Source: Anthoceros angustus
Lineage: Eukaryota > Plantae > Anthocerotophyta
DNA: 64,000 nt
Reading direction: 5' to 3'
NCBI GenBank assembly: GCA_010909165.1
Contig: MU008183.1
Coordinates: 620,001 to 684,000 of the forward strand
This document shows, one piece after another, positions 26,271-38,978 of this stretch; the first letter of the stretch is position 1; each line of letters begins with the position of its first letter. The position numbers and the translations under genes are program-made. The notes under the pieces are model-generated. The model searched no databases and was not told where the DNA came from. It saw nothing but the letters and a program-made list of their open reading frames with translations.

Positions 26271-26506
26271 TTTGGAGGCTTGACCGAACCTCCTCCCCAT
26301 CTACCTTCCTCCTTTACTACATTTACCATATAGAATACTTGGTTTCCTTATTACCTCGTATGAATACATATAAATAAATACATGTATGCATACACCTTCA
26401 TAGAATCTGCTGAAGGCGCCTGTCCGTGAATCGCTGTGGGTCTCGCACCTCGACCCTACGCCCGCTTACTGCCTTACGCTGCAGCTGGGCGTGAATACCG
26501 CTATAA

Positions 26507-26507
26507 N
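26507..26507. other. Single N (ambiguous base or contig join)
   Basis: The only 'n' in the window; sequence character changes across it. Confidence 0.95.
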
Positions 26508-27050
26508 GCCCTAGCGAGATATGTATTTGGGAGCATACCAAAAATGGGAGGCAACAACAAGAATGTCACGGTTGAATGGTGATATCGCATAAATAAAGAG
26601 GAATGTTAGTTGCCTTCCGCACGGACACGCAAAATAGACCCTTTTGGATTGGAAGGTGACTTGTGTTGAACTACATGCACCGAGCCTCACTTCCTTGTTC
26701 ATTGGTACGAACACACGGATGCGTATGAAGGGAGGTACGTGGAAGAATATTTAATCGGAGGGATGGCAAGCACTGGAGCAACTCGGGAGAGGGGCGAAGG
26801 CTATCCATCAAGAATATCCAACAAGTTTTTGTTCACCAAGCAGTCATCCTCTATTATGGGTTCAGCTTTCTCGGAAACATTTGTATGTGGATAAGAAGGC
26901 CATAAAAGATAAGTTAATTGCGAGGCTTTATTCAACCCGGAGTCAAAGTGCAACCGAGGGCGGCAAGAGGATGGTCATGATGCATAAGATGATGCACACT
27001 ACAAGGAGGGGCTACCTTTACAAATGGGTCTAAGTTTAGTTAGAGGAAAC
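26508..27050 (+). mobile_element. Broken C-terminal coding fragment, probably of a DNA-transposon ORF
   Basis: LVAFRTDTQNRPFWIG...VHWYEHTDAYEGRY across frameshifts; the inverted homologue at 21499-21660 indicates a repeat family. Confidence 0.35.
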
Positions 27051-27139
27051 TACAACACTCTTACTGACTCAAAGCCACGTAAGTTTTTGAACATTTACAA
27101 CAAGGGTTCCTAACTAATATGATGTGGCATGGATTTTAC

Positions 27140-27235
27140 AAGGGTTTGTTGACATGGCATGTTGACACAATTTTACAAGATTTGTTGACATGGCATGTTG
27201 ACACACTAGCGGGGTTTGTTGACATGGCTTGCTCG
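27140..27235. repeat. Tandem TTTGTTGACATGGC(ATGTTGACAC) x3
   Basis: Three direct copies are visible. Confidence 0.85.
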
Positions 27236-27879
27236 TTGTACATGACGTTGTTAATTGTGCATAAACTCTTTTGATTTAGAAAACTATGGGGGTTATTTGT
27301 TAATAAAACTACATTTTGTTGAATTTATAATGACGTGGCATAAAGGATGTTGTAAAGCGGTACTTGTAAAAGGCGTTGTAAACCATGTTTGTTGTAGATG
27401 TGGTTGTAAATTGTGCAAGACTTGATGTCGTCCAGCACCTAGCAGAGGCTCGCCCGGCGGTTGCATCGCGGCGCCCGGCTTCTGCGGCTCGCGGCGCCAC
27501 GGCCGGGAATTCGCACCTCGCGGTCTTGGGTCTCCCGGTCTCGTCTGTTCTTGACCCGTGGTGGGCGGCTACCTCCCTTGGCAGCGCGGCGGTGTAGGCA
27601 CCTAACATATATAGACACTTTCTTATTTCTAAAATCACCAAAACCCAAGGACTCTATCTCGACCTACCTATCAAAATTCGAAAAACCTAAGGTTCAAAAA
27701 ACAAATTATTATCCCAAGGGCCAAGGACCATTCTCGTATAAAAGACCTTACCAGGCGATTCTCAAAGCACTCTGCTATACAAACACTCTTAAAACAAAAA
27801 AAATCGTGCATCCCGACACTTCAGAGAGGGGCTAGTGTATATGTGGTCTTCCACATTTACTCAAAGGTGGTCGGGAATG

Positions 27880-30055
27880 GAAGTGGATAGAAGAATGTAC
27901 AAAGGCTTTTGCAATGTTGAAAACAGCTCTTACTATGGCACTCGTGTTAGCCCATCCTGACACTGAAAAAACATTTGTAGTTGCAACAGATGCTAGTGAT
28001 ACGGCTGTTGGAGCAGTGCTGCCGCAGGATTGTGGACAGGGCATGCAGCCAATAGCTTTTTTCAGTAGAAAATTAAAGGATACTAAGTTGAACTATTCGG
28101 TACATGAGAAAGAAGCTCTAGCTCAGGTGTTGGCATTAAACCATTGGAGATGTTATCTTGAAGGACCCCTGTTCACTTTGGAAACAGATCACAGCCCCTC
28201 GAAGTACCTGTAGACTCAACCTCACTTATCTCGTAAGTAGGCCCGATGGTTAGAGTTTTTTCAGCAATTCCATTTTCAGGTGAAGTGTCAAGCTGGAAAG
28301 GATAATCGGGTGGCAGATGCATTGAGTAGGGTGTTGTTAACATTTGTTACTAACTCCGGACTGTCAACAGAATGGTTGAATGAAATTAAGCAAGCATTGC
28401 AGGTCGATCAAGAGGTGTGGCGGCAGAATGGTTCAGCGACTTGGAATCGAGTTGCTCTTTGAATGGGCGAATGTACATTCCTCATCGCCTTCATTTCACG
28501 AGCCATTCATTGGTGGGCACATACTGATGCAGTCTGCTTGGACATCAAGGTCGGGGTAAAGCGTTGGATTTGGCTCGTCGACATTATGGTAGCCAGGTGC
28601 GTTCGGGATGTCTGAGAGTTTGTTCGTCGTGTGATGTTTGCCAGCGTGTGAAAATCTCTGTGAGCATCACACTGGTTGTTACACCCTTGCCATACCAACT
28701 CCTTGGGAATGTATTCATATGGATTTTATGCGGATTGCCTCGAGCATGAGGGGCACAATCACGTTATTGGTATGTGTCGACAGGTTCACTAAGGCAGTTG
28801 TCTTGATACCTAGCGGATACTGCCAATGGCTGCTGAATTATATATAGAATATGTGTACAGCGGTTTGGGTTGCCGCGTGTAATCGTGAGTGATCGAGATC
28901 CTCGGTTTCTATCTCGGTTTTGGACTGAACTTCATCGGGGATTGGGAACTCAGTTGTTGTATTCCACGGCATATCATCCACAAACGGATGGCTTAGCAGA
29001 AAAAATGAATCAAGTTGTGGAGACAACCCTTCGAGCTTATGTCCATACTCGTCAACAGCGGTGGGATCAGCATTTGGCTTTAGTGGAGTTTGCACATAAT
29101 GCTAAGCATGCTTCATCGGGTTTTTCTCCCTTTTATTTGTCAGATGGTCGTCATCCACTTCCATCTTTTGTCAGTCTCGATGCATACACAATTACATGCC
29201 CCTCAGCCATCGATTTTCCGCACAACATGCTTATAGAATTGTCAGCGCCGCTTCATATGGTCAGAGTCTCAAAATCGATGTAAGCAAAGGTTGATCGCCA
29301 TTGATGCCCCGCCCGCCTTCCTCAACAATGGGTTTTATTATCCAATCCGGAATTTACCAATTGCATATGGTGTTCAAGCTTTCTCAAGGGCTGGCCCTTT
29401 TCGTGTTCTTCATTCCGTTGGTCCGTGATCTTATCAACTCCAACTTCGATACTTGTGTATTCATCCTCGTGTTCCATGTCTCTCTTCTTAAGCCCTACTA
29501 TGGCGACTCCCCGTTCAACCCCTATTTTGATTGATGATCATCCTCGAGTATGAGGTTCAAGAGATTTTGGGTCATCGGCCGTGTGTCATCTTCAATTTTG
29601 GTTTGTTGGACCGGGTATCCTTTGTCGGATGCCACTTGGGAACCTCTTGCTCACCTTACCCATTCCTCGCCTTCTCTCGACTTTATATCAATCAATATCC
29701 CTGAACTTCGTCAAGTTTCTCTTTGGGAGCAACAGAATCATGACGAGGACGTGGTTAGGATTAAGAAGGCACGCATGAGTTGTAAACTGGCGACGAGGAC
29801 GCCAGGTTAGATCGTGCACTTAAGAAGGCGCGCATGCCAAGGATCGAACAAGGTGTGAGAAGGCATGCCGTAGGGATGTGGGAGAGGTGGAAGTGAACCG
29901 TGGTTTAGTTCTAGTTATAGTAGTTACTAAACCTACCAAGTGTAAGGGTATAAACGATAAGAAATGAAGGTGGCAAGGCCCTCGTGTTGGACTTGCTGCA
30001 CCATCCTCCAAAGCGCGAACTAACCCCAGCAAATATTGTAAGCATTATTGCATCA
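27880..30055 (+). mobile_element. Chromovirus-type Ty3/gypsy pol remnant (RT thumb/RNase H - integrase - chromodomain) with probable 3' LTR
   Basis: FVVATDASDTAVGAVL..PIAFFSRKL..NYSVHEKE..TDH (RNase H); GKDNRVADALSR; VIVSDRDPRFLSRFW..STAYHPQTDG (integrase core); YEVQEILGHR and WTGYPLSDATWEP (chromodomain, ~29550-29660). The LTR boundary (~29735-30055) is approximate. Confidence 0.88.
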
Positions 30056-30774
30056 AACGCTCCAGTGAAGAATCCATCGACCGCTAAGCTTTCTTTTAGA
30101 AGACCCGTGGAAGCACACTGCTATGAATCGCAGATGTGCACTCAGCTCTGCCTTGCTCACCAAAGGATGCCTCTTTGTAGATAGACATGTGCGCTCTCCT
30201 CGGTTGCGCTACTTACGCATCCGCATGACCATCCCCTGCGGTTTCCACCCTTCACACTCGCCATAGGTATTCTTGCTAGAATCAGGTGATGACTCAGAGG
30301 ACATATTTAAACCAGCAGCCGTGTAGTAACATCGCAAGTTTATGCATGTGTAGATATGCGGAGCATACTTAACAGAAAGTAATTTAGGCGACCGTCAGTA
30401 CCGGGATCGGGTTTCGTTTATTTTAAACATAAACCATTCCAATCGTCGTCCGGTTTGGGAGATTTTGTAGCTCCCAGCTCATCCGCATACATGGCGGGAC
30501 ATGACATAACTGGGTGGCGGGACATGACATAAGCTGTTCACATAGAGCACCGGAGACCGGAGGAAGTCGGTGGCGCGGCTTCTTCGGGGCGCTTGCCGGC
30601 ATAACTCTGTAGAGATATTTGACGTTTGCTCAGCCCAAGTTGGCAATGCAAGTTTTACAACGTATCTAGATGTCCTTCGGCACATCTCACAAATTGGCAC
30701 GATAGGCCCGTGGGCTTTGTTACAATATACACGCACAAATTGAGAAATGGTGCAAAGGTGAAGGGGAGGAGAGC

Positions 30775-31584
30775 TCAATCGTCGCCATCCAAAACATCTA
30801 ACACTTTGGCGACCTCTTCTTGCACATCTAGCGGCGGAGGTTCCGCCTGGAACTGATGGAGGCCGTCCACTCGAACCTCTACGTACGTTTCCCCGACGAC
30901 AAGAAATCCGATGCCTCTGCGCTTGGTGGGGAAAAGCATGAAGATGATCCCGAACAAGAAGCCGCAGATGGTCGGCATCAGGGAACCTAGCACGTCCGGC
31001 ACCACACCGGGGTAGAGGCAGTAGCGCAGGTTTCTGTCGAAGAGAGATAGCGCCAGAAACACAGTCAAGGAGAGGAGAGCGTGGACGACGTCCGCCCAGG
31101 TGAGCATGTACTCCTTCCGCATGAGCAGGCCGTCTTCGAGGTGCGGCGTCCACAGGCCCCAGAGCGTGATGAAGCCGTGGTGAGGCTGGCCGTTGGACGC
31201 CGTGAAGCTGTCTGTGAAGGCGGCGATGACGCACAGGACGGAGCAGATGCAGAGTAAGACGATGGACAGGATTTGCCGCGCTATGGAGTCGGTGCAGTTG
31301 CCGCCGTTGGTGATGATCGGGCTTAGGATTTGGAAGAGGAGGAAGACGGCGGTAGGGAGGAGGTTGGAGAGGTGGGACGCCGTCCTAAGAGCCGCTGTGA
31401 GGAGGAAGAGGAGAGTGGATTGCTTGTGCTGGACTGCCACTGCCGTGACGGAGTCGGCGGATGTGTCGATGGAGGTTCTTGATATTTTGAGAGTGGCGCT
31501 CGGAGTGAGTAACGGCGTGCGCAGACTGGAGGACTTGAGGACTGGTCTGTCTAGGAGCGGCTGTTTCTCGGATGCCTTCGCCAT
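30775..31584 (-). CDS. DMP: DUF679 membrane protein (DMP family), 269 aa, intronless
   Basis: LSNLLPTAVFLLFQILSP..NGGNC..FTDSF..NGQPHHGFIT..GLW..DVVHALLSLTVFLALSLFD..CLYP..FP.KRRGIGF. ATG at 31584; the upstream non-ATG extension in the ORF track is treated as UTR. Confidence 0.93.
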   Translation of the reverse strand: MAKASEKQPLLDRPVLKSSSLRTPLLTPSATLKISRTSIDTSADSVTAVAVQHKQSTLLFLLTAALRTASHLSNLLPTAVFLLFQILSPIITNGGNCTDSIARQILSIVLLCICSVLCVIAAFTDSFTASNGQPHHGFITLWGLWTPHLEDGLLMRKEYMLTWADVVHALLSLTVFLALSLFDRNLRYCLYPGVVPDVLGSLMPTICGFLFGIIFMLFPTKRRGIGFLVVGETYVEVRVDGLHQFQAEPPPLDVQEEVAKVLDVLDGDD

Positions 31585-32314
31585 GGCGTGGAGATGCGTG
31601 ACTGTTCCAGGAGGTGGAAGCGGAGTGAAAGAGATGAAAATGGAGGGAGATAGAACTGGAGATGTGGAGGACAGGGCGAGCGGAGGAAGTGGATTGTGCC
31701 TTGGAGCGGACTTGATGAGGACTGCGCACAAGAGCAGGTGAACTTGACATACCAAAGGTGGCGTACCAATGTGGTAGAGATTGACAATGCGGATTTCCTT
31801 CACCTCGCACAAGGCAAAGATAGAAGAGCTTCCGGCGAGGACTGGAGGACGTAAATCACATGGCAATTGCTGGTTTGCGAGGCTTTCGAACGGGAGATCT
31901 ACAGGACCCGTCTTCCTTTCTTATCCTTTGTTGAATGATGGAAAACGTGTCATCGAGAAAGTTAGTGTCCGATTTGATGCTTTTCCTGCGAAAGCGTCCG
32001 ATATGCCGGAAGGGACGGAACGAGTTCTGAACGTAAACGTGTCTCGACAATGTCGTCCCGGTCGGGGATCGCCGTCTAGGAACCGGTCCGAGTAAAATTT
32101 CGAACTTGTGAAGATGAAATACTCAAAAACTGTTGCGAAGAAACGCAAGGCATAGCCGCTTACATTAGGTACATAAAGGCATAGCGCAACATATCGACAT
32201 TGTTCGCGCTCCTCAAACGGAGCGGGCAAGCCTGCAGCTACAGAGAGCACGACATACGTAACCTAATACACGTAGAACAAGATGCACTAAAAATTGAAGA
32301 CAAGCGCTACATTA

Positions 32315-33110
<796 letters not shown>

Positions 33111-33580
33111 CTAAAAAAGCAGCAGACCCTAGCCCGTTCTACAATACCCTCACCGGAGTCACAACCACATCAAAACGAAGCACGGCTACCATGCCACCTA
33201 GCTAATCAACACAAATCACAAGCACGGCAACATCCCTGCCACGCGGAGGCTGCACCCGCAGCGCCACCGCACAAAACCCCGCCCCCGCCTCACTTCCAAG
33301 AACAAGAAGCACCGAAAAGCAACAACCTCTACCACGCGACCAAGCGACCACGCTACAAGCAGCACAAGGCTATCGGCAACTTGCAAACGAAGCAGGCATG
33401 TCCGCAAATCACCTCGGCTGAGAGCTCGGACGAGAAGAGCAGGTGCTGGGGCGACGCAACGACGGGAGCTCGAGGGTTCGAAGACAGAAAGTGCTCGTAA
33501 CTGGGCGGACGAACTCAAAAAGTGCAAACGCAGAAAAAGAAAAACTGATACCGATGAGTTACAACTGGAAGCTAGTTCTC

Positions 33581-33588
33581 TTTTTATA
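33581..33588 (-). promoter_or_regulatory. TATA-box candidate for H3.3
   Basis: CTATAAAAA on the minus strand, ~170 bp upstream of the putative 5'UTR intron donor. Confidence 0.55.
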
Positions 33589-34089
33589 GCCACGACATAG
33601 CCGCGGTTTGTATCTCGCTATTCGTGGCCCTCGGATGTCTCTGATCAGCCCTTGATCGACGGTGAAAATGTCTCCACCGTAGTTTCAAATCTGCCGTCAC
33701 ATTTTAAGAAGTCTTTGGTGTGCCCAATACGTAACGCCCATTTAAGTAGGTAGCTAAAGGTAGGTAGGTCTACAATTATTTTGTTTATTCGTTTGATAGC
33801 GATGCAGGTACTGGACAAGGAATTCAAATATGTACCTAGTCAGAACACAGCTTCCTTGCCAGATGACCATGTCCCTGGTGAAGAGTCCGAGCTTTGATCT
33901 CTCCATAGTCCGATCAGGTTGTTTGAGTCTCAGGATATTTCTGATTCCCAACCAAAAACTCATACACCCTAAGGTGTCTGACCACGAGCATTGTCCTGGG
34001 AGCATGTTCTTCATCCAGCCCCACTGTTACAATGAAGGCCTGGCGTCCCTTCACCATTTTGCCCCATCTTTTTGAAAAATATCCAGGGG

Positions 34090-35300
34090 ATTGTGGAAAA
34101 CTGGAGCATCAGGCAGTAGAGTCACTGTCACGCTGGTGGGTGTAACGACAAAAGCTTGGAACTCCTGTTGCCCCCTCTAAGCATGTAACTTCCTTCCCAG
34201 ATGCGAAGCAGCCATAATTCAACATGCCTGGAGGAGGCACACAAATATGCGTTTTGCAGGCATGTCTTCACTGGAATATGTGCAAGCCTGCTTTCCTCGT
34301 GCATAGCTCTGCAAAGGTGAATGACTTCCTGCCGTATGCCCTGCTGAGAATACCCTAGTGTAATGGCATTCTACCCCGCTGCATTCTTTTCAGCATGTAC
34401 ATCAAACAGGTCCTGAGCATCCTCTAGGCTGCTACAGTTGGCAGACATGTTTACCAATCAGTTAGCTACAACAAAATCAGCCTGAAGGCCTTCGCTCTCC
34501 AATCTGTGCGCAAAGCTGCTTGCCCTCTGCCCTGGAACGTGCACGTGCCAAGGTGCAGGCATACAAATGTCACATCATGAGTGCAGCAATGCCGTCTTCG
34601 TCTTACATAGAACCGTGAAGACGTAGGATCCCCTACCCCAATCCCTGCTGACACATCGCTACCAGATCAGTCCATGGCACTGAGGAAGCCTGTCCAACAC
34701 ATTTGAGCAGCTTCCAAGCAGCTACACATGGCATACATCGTTACCAAACTGTTGGCTTAAACCACATCAGCGTAGAGTCGTCAGTATCCAAGTCCGTGCA
34801 AGAAGCTGCTTGCCCCTCGCTAAAGCCAATGAATCCACGCCTGCAGATGCATGGAGGAGGCATATGCATCTCACATCATGAGGCTTGCACAGCACCGTGA
34901 AGACGAAGAGCTTCCTCACCGCTGCAACGCTTGGAAAGTCCTACCATCATGGCTCACTCAACACATCTTACTGACAGAGCCTAAACACTTCCTGAGCATC
35001 AACCAAGCCGCCAAACTTTACATCCATTACTATCACTCCAAAGACTTAAGGGCTTCATAAACCAGCAAAGACCGAAACCAGTCCCTTCCTTCAATCTGAA
35101 GATCCAGGATTTCAGCAACCAGGATCTGCGATTGATGTGAATCCCAGAACTCGCAACTCCAGGGATCCCCTTCCGCCAAGGTGGACCAGTGCTGAACTCA
35201 GCTGAGGCAGGGATTCACAACAACACAGGATCCTGATCCCAGAGACCGCAACTCCTGTGACCCTGTTCGCCAAATCTGCCCCTCTCACACACAGCTTGCT
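34090..35300 (-). pseudogene. PLS-class pentatricopeptide repeat pseudogene
   Basis: ADVV*ANSLVTMYAMCSCLEAA (~34770-34710); GLQADFVVAN*LVNMSANCSSLEDAQDLFD...*NAITLGYSQQG (~34490-34335); IFVCLLQAC. Multiple stops and frameshifts; the right boundary is approximate. Confidence 0.78.
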
Positions 35301-36290
35301 CAACGTCACAGCAAGCCACTCGCAAGTACGTTGCCTCTGAGTAGGTTCTCATCACAACGACTCCCCACCTCGTTTCCTTTTGTTCCAAATGTGGTCTATC
35401 GTGAATACGTCATGTGAGCGTTACACTGATCACAAATTCAATCTTTATTATTAGCATCATCTTTCTATCACATCTGGTTGGTGGATATTGCACATCTAGC
35501 ATCATCTCATCGATGGATGGACACACTCTTTGTATGTACATACTCTTTTCAAACCCTAGAGCTTCAACGTCACCTGACGCCTCTCTCATGAGACGTCACG
35601 ATTCCTGGTGTGGATCAAAGCGTGTTGCGTAGTTGCGTAAAACTCTCTCAATCGTTTAAGACTAAAATGGACTGAAAATTATAAGTTCCCTTAATGGCGC
35701 GAGCCGCGCACAAAGCAACGTAGCAGAGCGAGTTTACTGACGCATTAAACGCGAATGACAAAACGCCGTGCACTGAGACTTTGTGCATAAGAAAGACAGC
35801 GGAATGCCGGTCCGTGGAGACGGACTGACGGAGTGGCGAGCAATGGCGGCATCCGAGGACCAGAAGTGCAGAATCGGCTTTTAAAAGACACGACAGGCGG
35901 GCCTGTAACGTGAGCCCAGGTGTTGCAATGCGGGGCCGGCACTTCATGGATGGCGCGAGCCACAGAGCACGGTCCTCTCCACCTCCCGCCACAAGCCTCT
36001 GCTCCGCCTCCTCCCGTGATGAATCCACCTCTGCTTCGCGCCCTTACTGCTCCACGCTAGTGCGCACCAGCTCAGCTCACCAGTCAGCACAGCACCGACA
36101 GAGCGAGGCTGAGAGTCGATGCCGTCTCCAGCCGCGCGCGCAAGAATGCGGTCGCCGGCCACGCCCGCCTCTCCCTTCACCTAAAGAGCACGATGAGGCC
36201 CAGCCGCAGTGCCACATGATCGCAACCTCCCGCGGCCAGCGCCGGCCAAGAAACGAGCTCACCAAGCCGCGCTTAGGTTTCCGGGGGACG

Positions 36291-37165
36291 ATGGCGGAGC
36301 CGTGGGGAGGAGGCGCAGGAGCAGGAGCGGTCTTGGTCGTAACGCTCTTGGCGGGCCACCTTTTCTTCACGGCTCACGGTGAGCGGGATGGAGACGTAAC
36401 GATGGAGTCGTGGTGCTCGTTTCATTTTCGTTTCTTGATTGTTCTGTTCGTTTGCGCCTCGCGTGGGGCGTCCCAGCAGTTTTTGTTGCGTGAGATCATT
36501 TTGTGACGGACGAGGTGAGCGGGAACGTTCTTGGCGCAGGGTGTGGGGTGAACATCCGCAACCACTGCGGCTACCCGGTGACCACATGCGTGCAGAGCAG
36601 CAACAATCCGATCCACCAGTACCAGCTGCGGAGCGGGCGGTCGAAATTTCTGGACTTCAGCGCGGCGGGCTGCGCGTGGGTGGCGGGGGCGATCTGGGCG
36701 TCGGTGGGAGGAAGGTGCGCGGTGGCGGGCACGCCGAGCGCGTCTGTGGACAGGAATCTGGCCAACCTTGCGGAGTTCACGATCGGGGCTGGGAGCGGGC
36801 TGGATTTCTACGACCTCAGCAATGTGAACGCCTACACCATTCCGCTGCTCATCAAGCCAACCTCCATCGCGGGAGGCGGCGTCGCCAGCGGTTACAGGTG
36901 CGGGAGCCCGGTGTGCAGCATCGACAACATCCCGGCCTTCTGCCAGGGCAACAACCAGCTGCGGAGTATCTTCACGGGGGCCTTCGTTTGCATCAACACA
37001 GACGGGACGGCCGGGCAGGGCCCGACCGAGGGCACCCGCCTTTTCAAGGCCGCTTGTGACTCGGCTTACAGTTACAATTTTGATGACAAGACCTCCACCT
37101 TCACCTGCAACACAGGGTCCAACTACGAGGTTGTTTTCTGCCCGCGAAAGAATTTTGATTACTGA
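36291..37165 (+). CDS. TLP: Thaumatin-like protein (PR-5) with signal peptide, 237 aa, 2 exons
   Basis: Exons 36291-36378 and 36540-37165 total 714 nt. Motifs NHCGYPV, NLAEFTI, DFYDLS, AAC..AYSY.FDD.TSTFTC, YEVVFCP. Confidence 0.92.
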
Positions 37166-37388
37166 TAGAATCTGTGTAGGTACAAGCATCGCAAAGTCTT
37201 TTGCCTCATGCTCGCATCAACTGTCCCTGGGAGGGAGCCTGTAAGAAAGACCTAGCAGATGGGTGTACCGTAGATCGGCTAGGGTAGGGTGGTTTGTTCC
37301 TAGTGTTTACAAGGAGCTGTACTCACATGAAAACCCACACATAGAGAGGCGCTCCTACAAGCACCAATGATGCGAGCATTGCCCATAA

Positions 37389-38978
37389 TCACAAAACGGT
37401 GTACGCAGAGCCCTTTTTCTCGTCCTTGGGTTCCTCGGCTGGGAGAATGATGAAGCTGTTGTTCCGACCGCCGAAGACCTTTTCTAGCAGCGCATCCTCC
37501 ACATCCAGTGCTGCCTCCAGAATTTCCTTGGGGATTCCGTTGTACTGAGACCATTTTCCAGCTAGGAAAGCTGTGGTTGGGCTGGAGAGGGGCACCAGAT
37601 TGTTGTGGTGGTTAGATGCAGGTTTGTAGAGCAACAAACCTGGCATTTAGCACTGGGGCGGAGGTGAGAAGGCTTACATGGACGTGTCCGCCACCGAGAA
37701 CCAGTCCAGTCCGTCATGGCCAGCAACAAAGGCGAACCCGAACTGCCTTGGGATGACGACGATTTGGCCTTCTGTAATTTCCAAATCCACGATCAGGTTG
37801 CTGGTGGTGGGACTTGACAGCTGGTACCTTGCGCTTCCTCTGATGACATAGAACACTGTGTTGGCAGTCGGTGCCCATCCAGGACCGTAAATGGAGCCCT
37901 GAACCATAGCAGGAAGAAGCCTGAGAGAGTGATATGCAGTAGGAGAAACGATGAAAAAAAATGACCTTTGGTACCTTTTCCTGGTGGCCAAGCACCCCGC
38001 TGAGACTGATGGTCTGTAGGATAGGGTAGCGATCCAGAGAAGCGGCCAGATTCCAGAGTCTTCCTCCTTCAGGGACATCCACATCAGGGTCGCTGCTTGC
38101 CAGGGGAACCTGGAAGTCTGCATCGTAACGGATGCTCGAGCGTGGTGAACTGATGGAGGCCAAGGGCTTATGGAGCTTGACCAAGGAGCGCTCATGCTGC
38201 GAGTAGATGAGCTTGGCTGCGTCCGACTGGTCCACGTACAATGCAGCTGCCAGAACATCAAGACTGAAGGAATACAGGACTCCACTTTCTCCAAGTATGT
38301 CCAGTCTCTGCAACGTAAATGAATTTCCACAACATTGGGCTTTAGTCATCCATCCATCCTTCGTCCAAACATGCATGACATTTTCCAACCTGAATGCTGC
38401 CGGGGCGGAGACTGGCACTGGTGTCCCCAAATGCCACAACTGTGAAAGGCTCAGAGCCATCATTGTAGAACCAGTAGACAGCTTCTTTGGGGATAAAGAA
38501 GGCATCACCAGCCTGCAGAGTCCTGGTCTCAACGCTTCTCCCATTTGTCAGCACAATGCCCCACTTTGCCGACCCTGCCACAAACTCAGAATCAAGCTTT
38601 CTAAGGTTAGCCCCATGCCAGGACAAGGAAAAGAGATTCAAAAGGATGAGGAATTTCCAGCAAGTCATAAAAAATCCGATACAAACCTGCAGTCACCAAA
38701 CCGAGAACATCTGTGTCCAGGTGGCCTGGAAACTGGAGGCCATTCTCCTTCAACTCCAAGGAAAAGACAGCCAGAGTGCCATTCACGTCTCCTCGATACA
38801 GGTCCCACACGCTGATACTTCCACCGTCAGCGTTCACAACAACCCGAGGGGATGCTGGCACGTAGTCATCGAGGTTGAAGATGCCCTCAGCCTTGCAAGA
38901 AAGGATGCTACAGGCAAGGACCGAGACAAGAAGAGTGAGCAATTGTGCAACCAAGGCACTCTCCCTCAACTGAGCCAT
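37389..38978 (-). CDS. Secreted bicupin, 11S globulin/legumin-like, 407 aa, 5 exons
   Basis: Exons 38978-38687, 38574-38390, 38307-37975, 37898-37678, 37581-37389 total 1224 nt with consistent phases. Hydrophobic signal peptide; cupin motifs LQAGDAFFIP..AVYWFYNDG and P.W...ANTVFYVIRGSARYQ..GQIVVIPRQF; AFLAGK.S. Confidence 0.88.

Noticed and set aside
21855-27235. Short repeat arrays as possible CRISPR
   Set aside because: Eukaryotic context, only three copies each, no unique regular spacers and no cas genes.
31585-31866. N-terminal extension of the DMP ORF
   Set aside because: Non-ATG start and pyrimidine-rich, UTR-like sequence.
36422-37189. 255-aa minus ORF and 206-aa alternate-frame ORF over the TLP
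   Set aside because: Shadows of GC-rich coding sequence.
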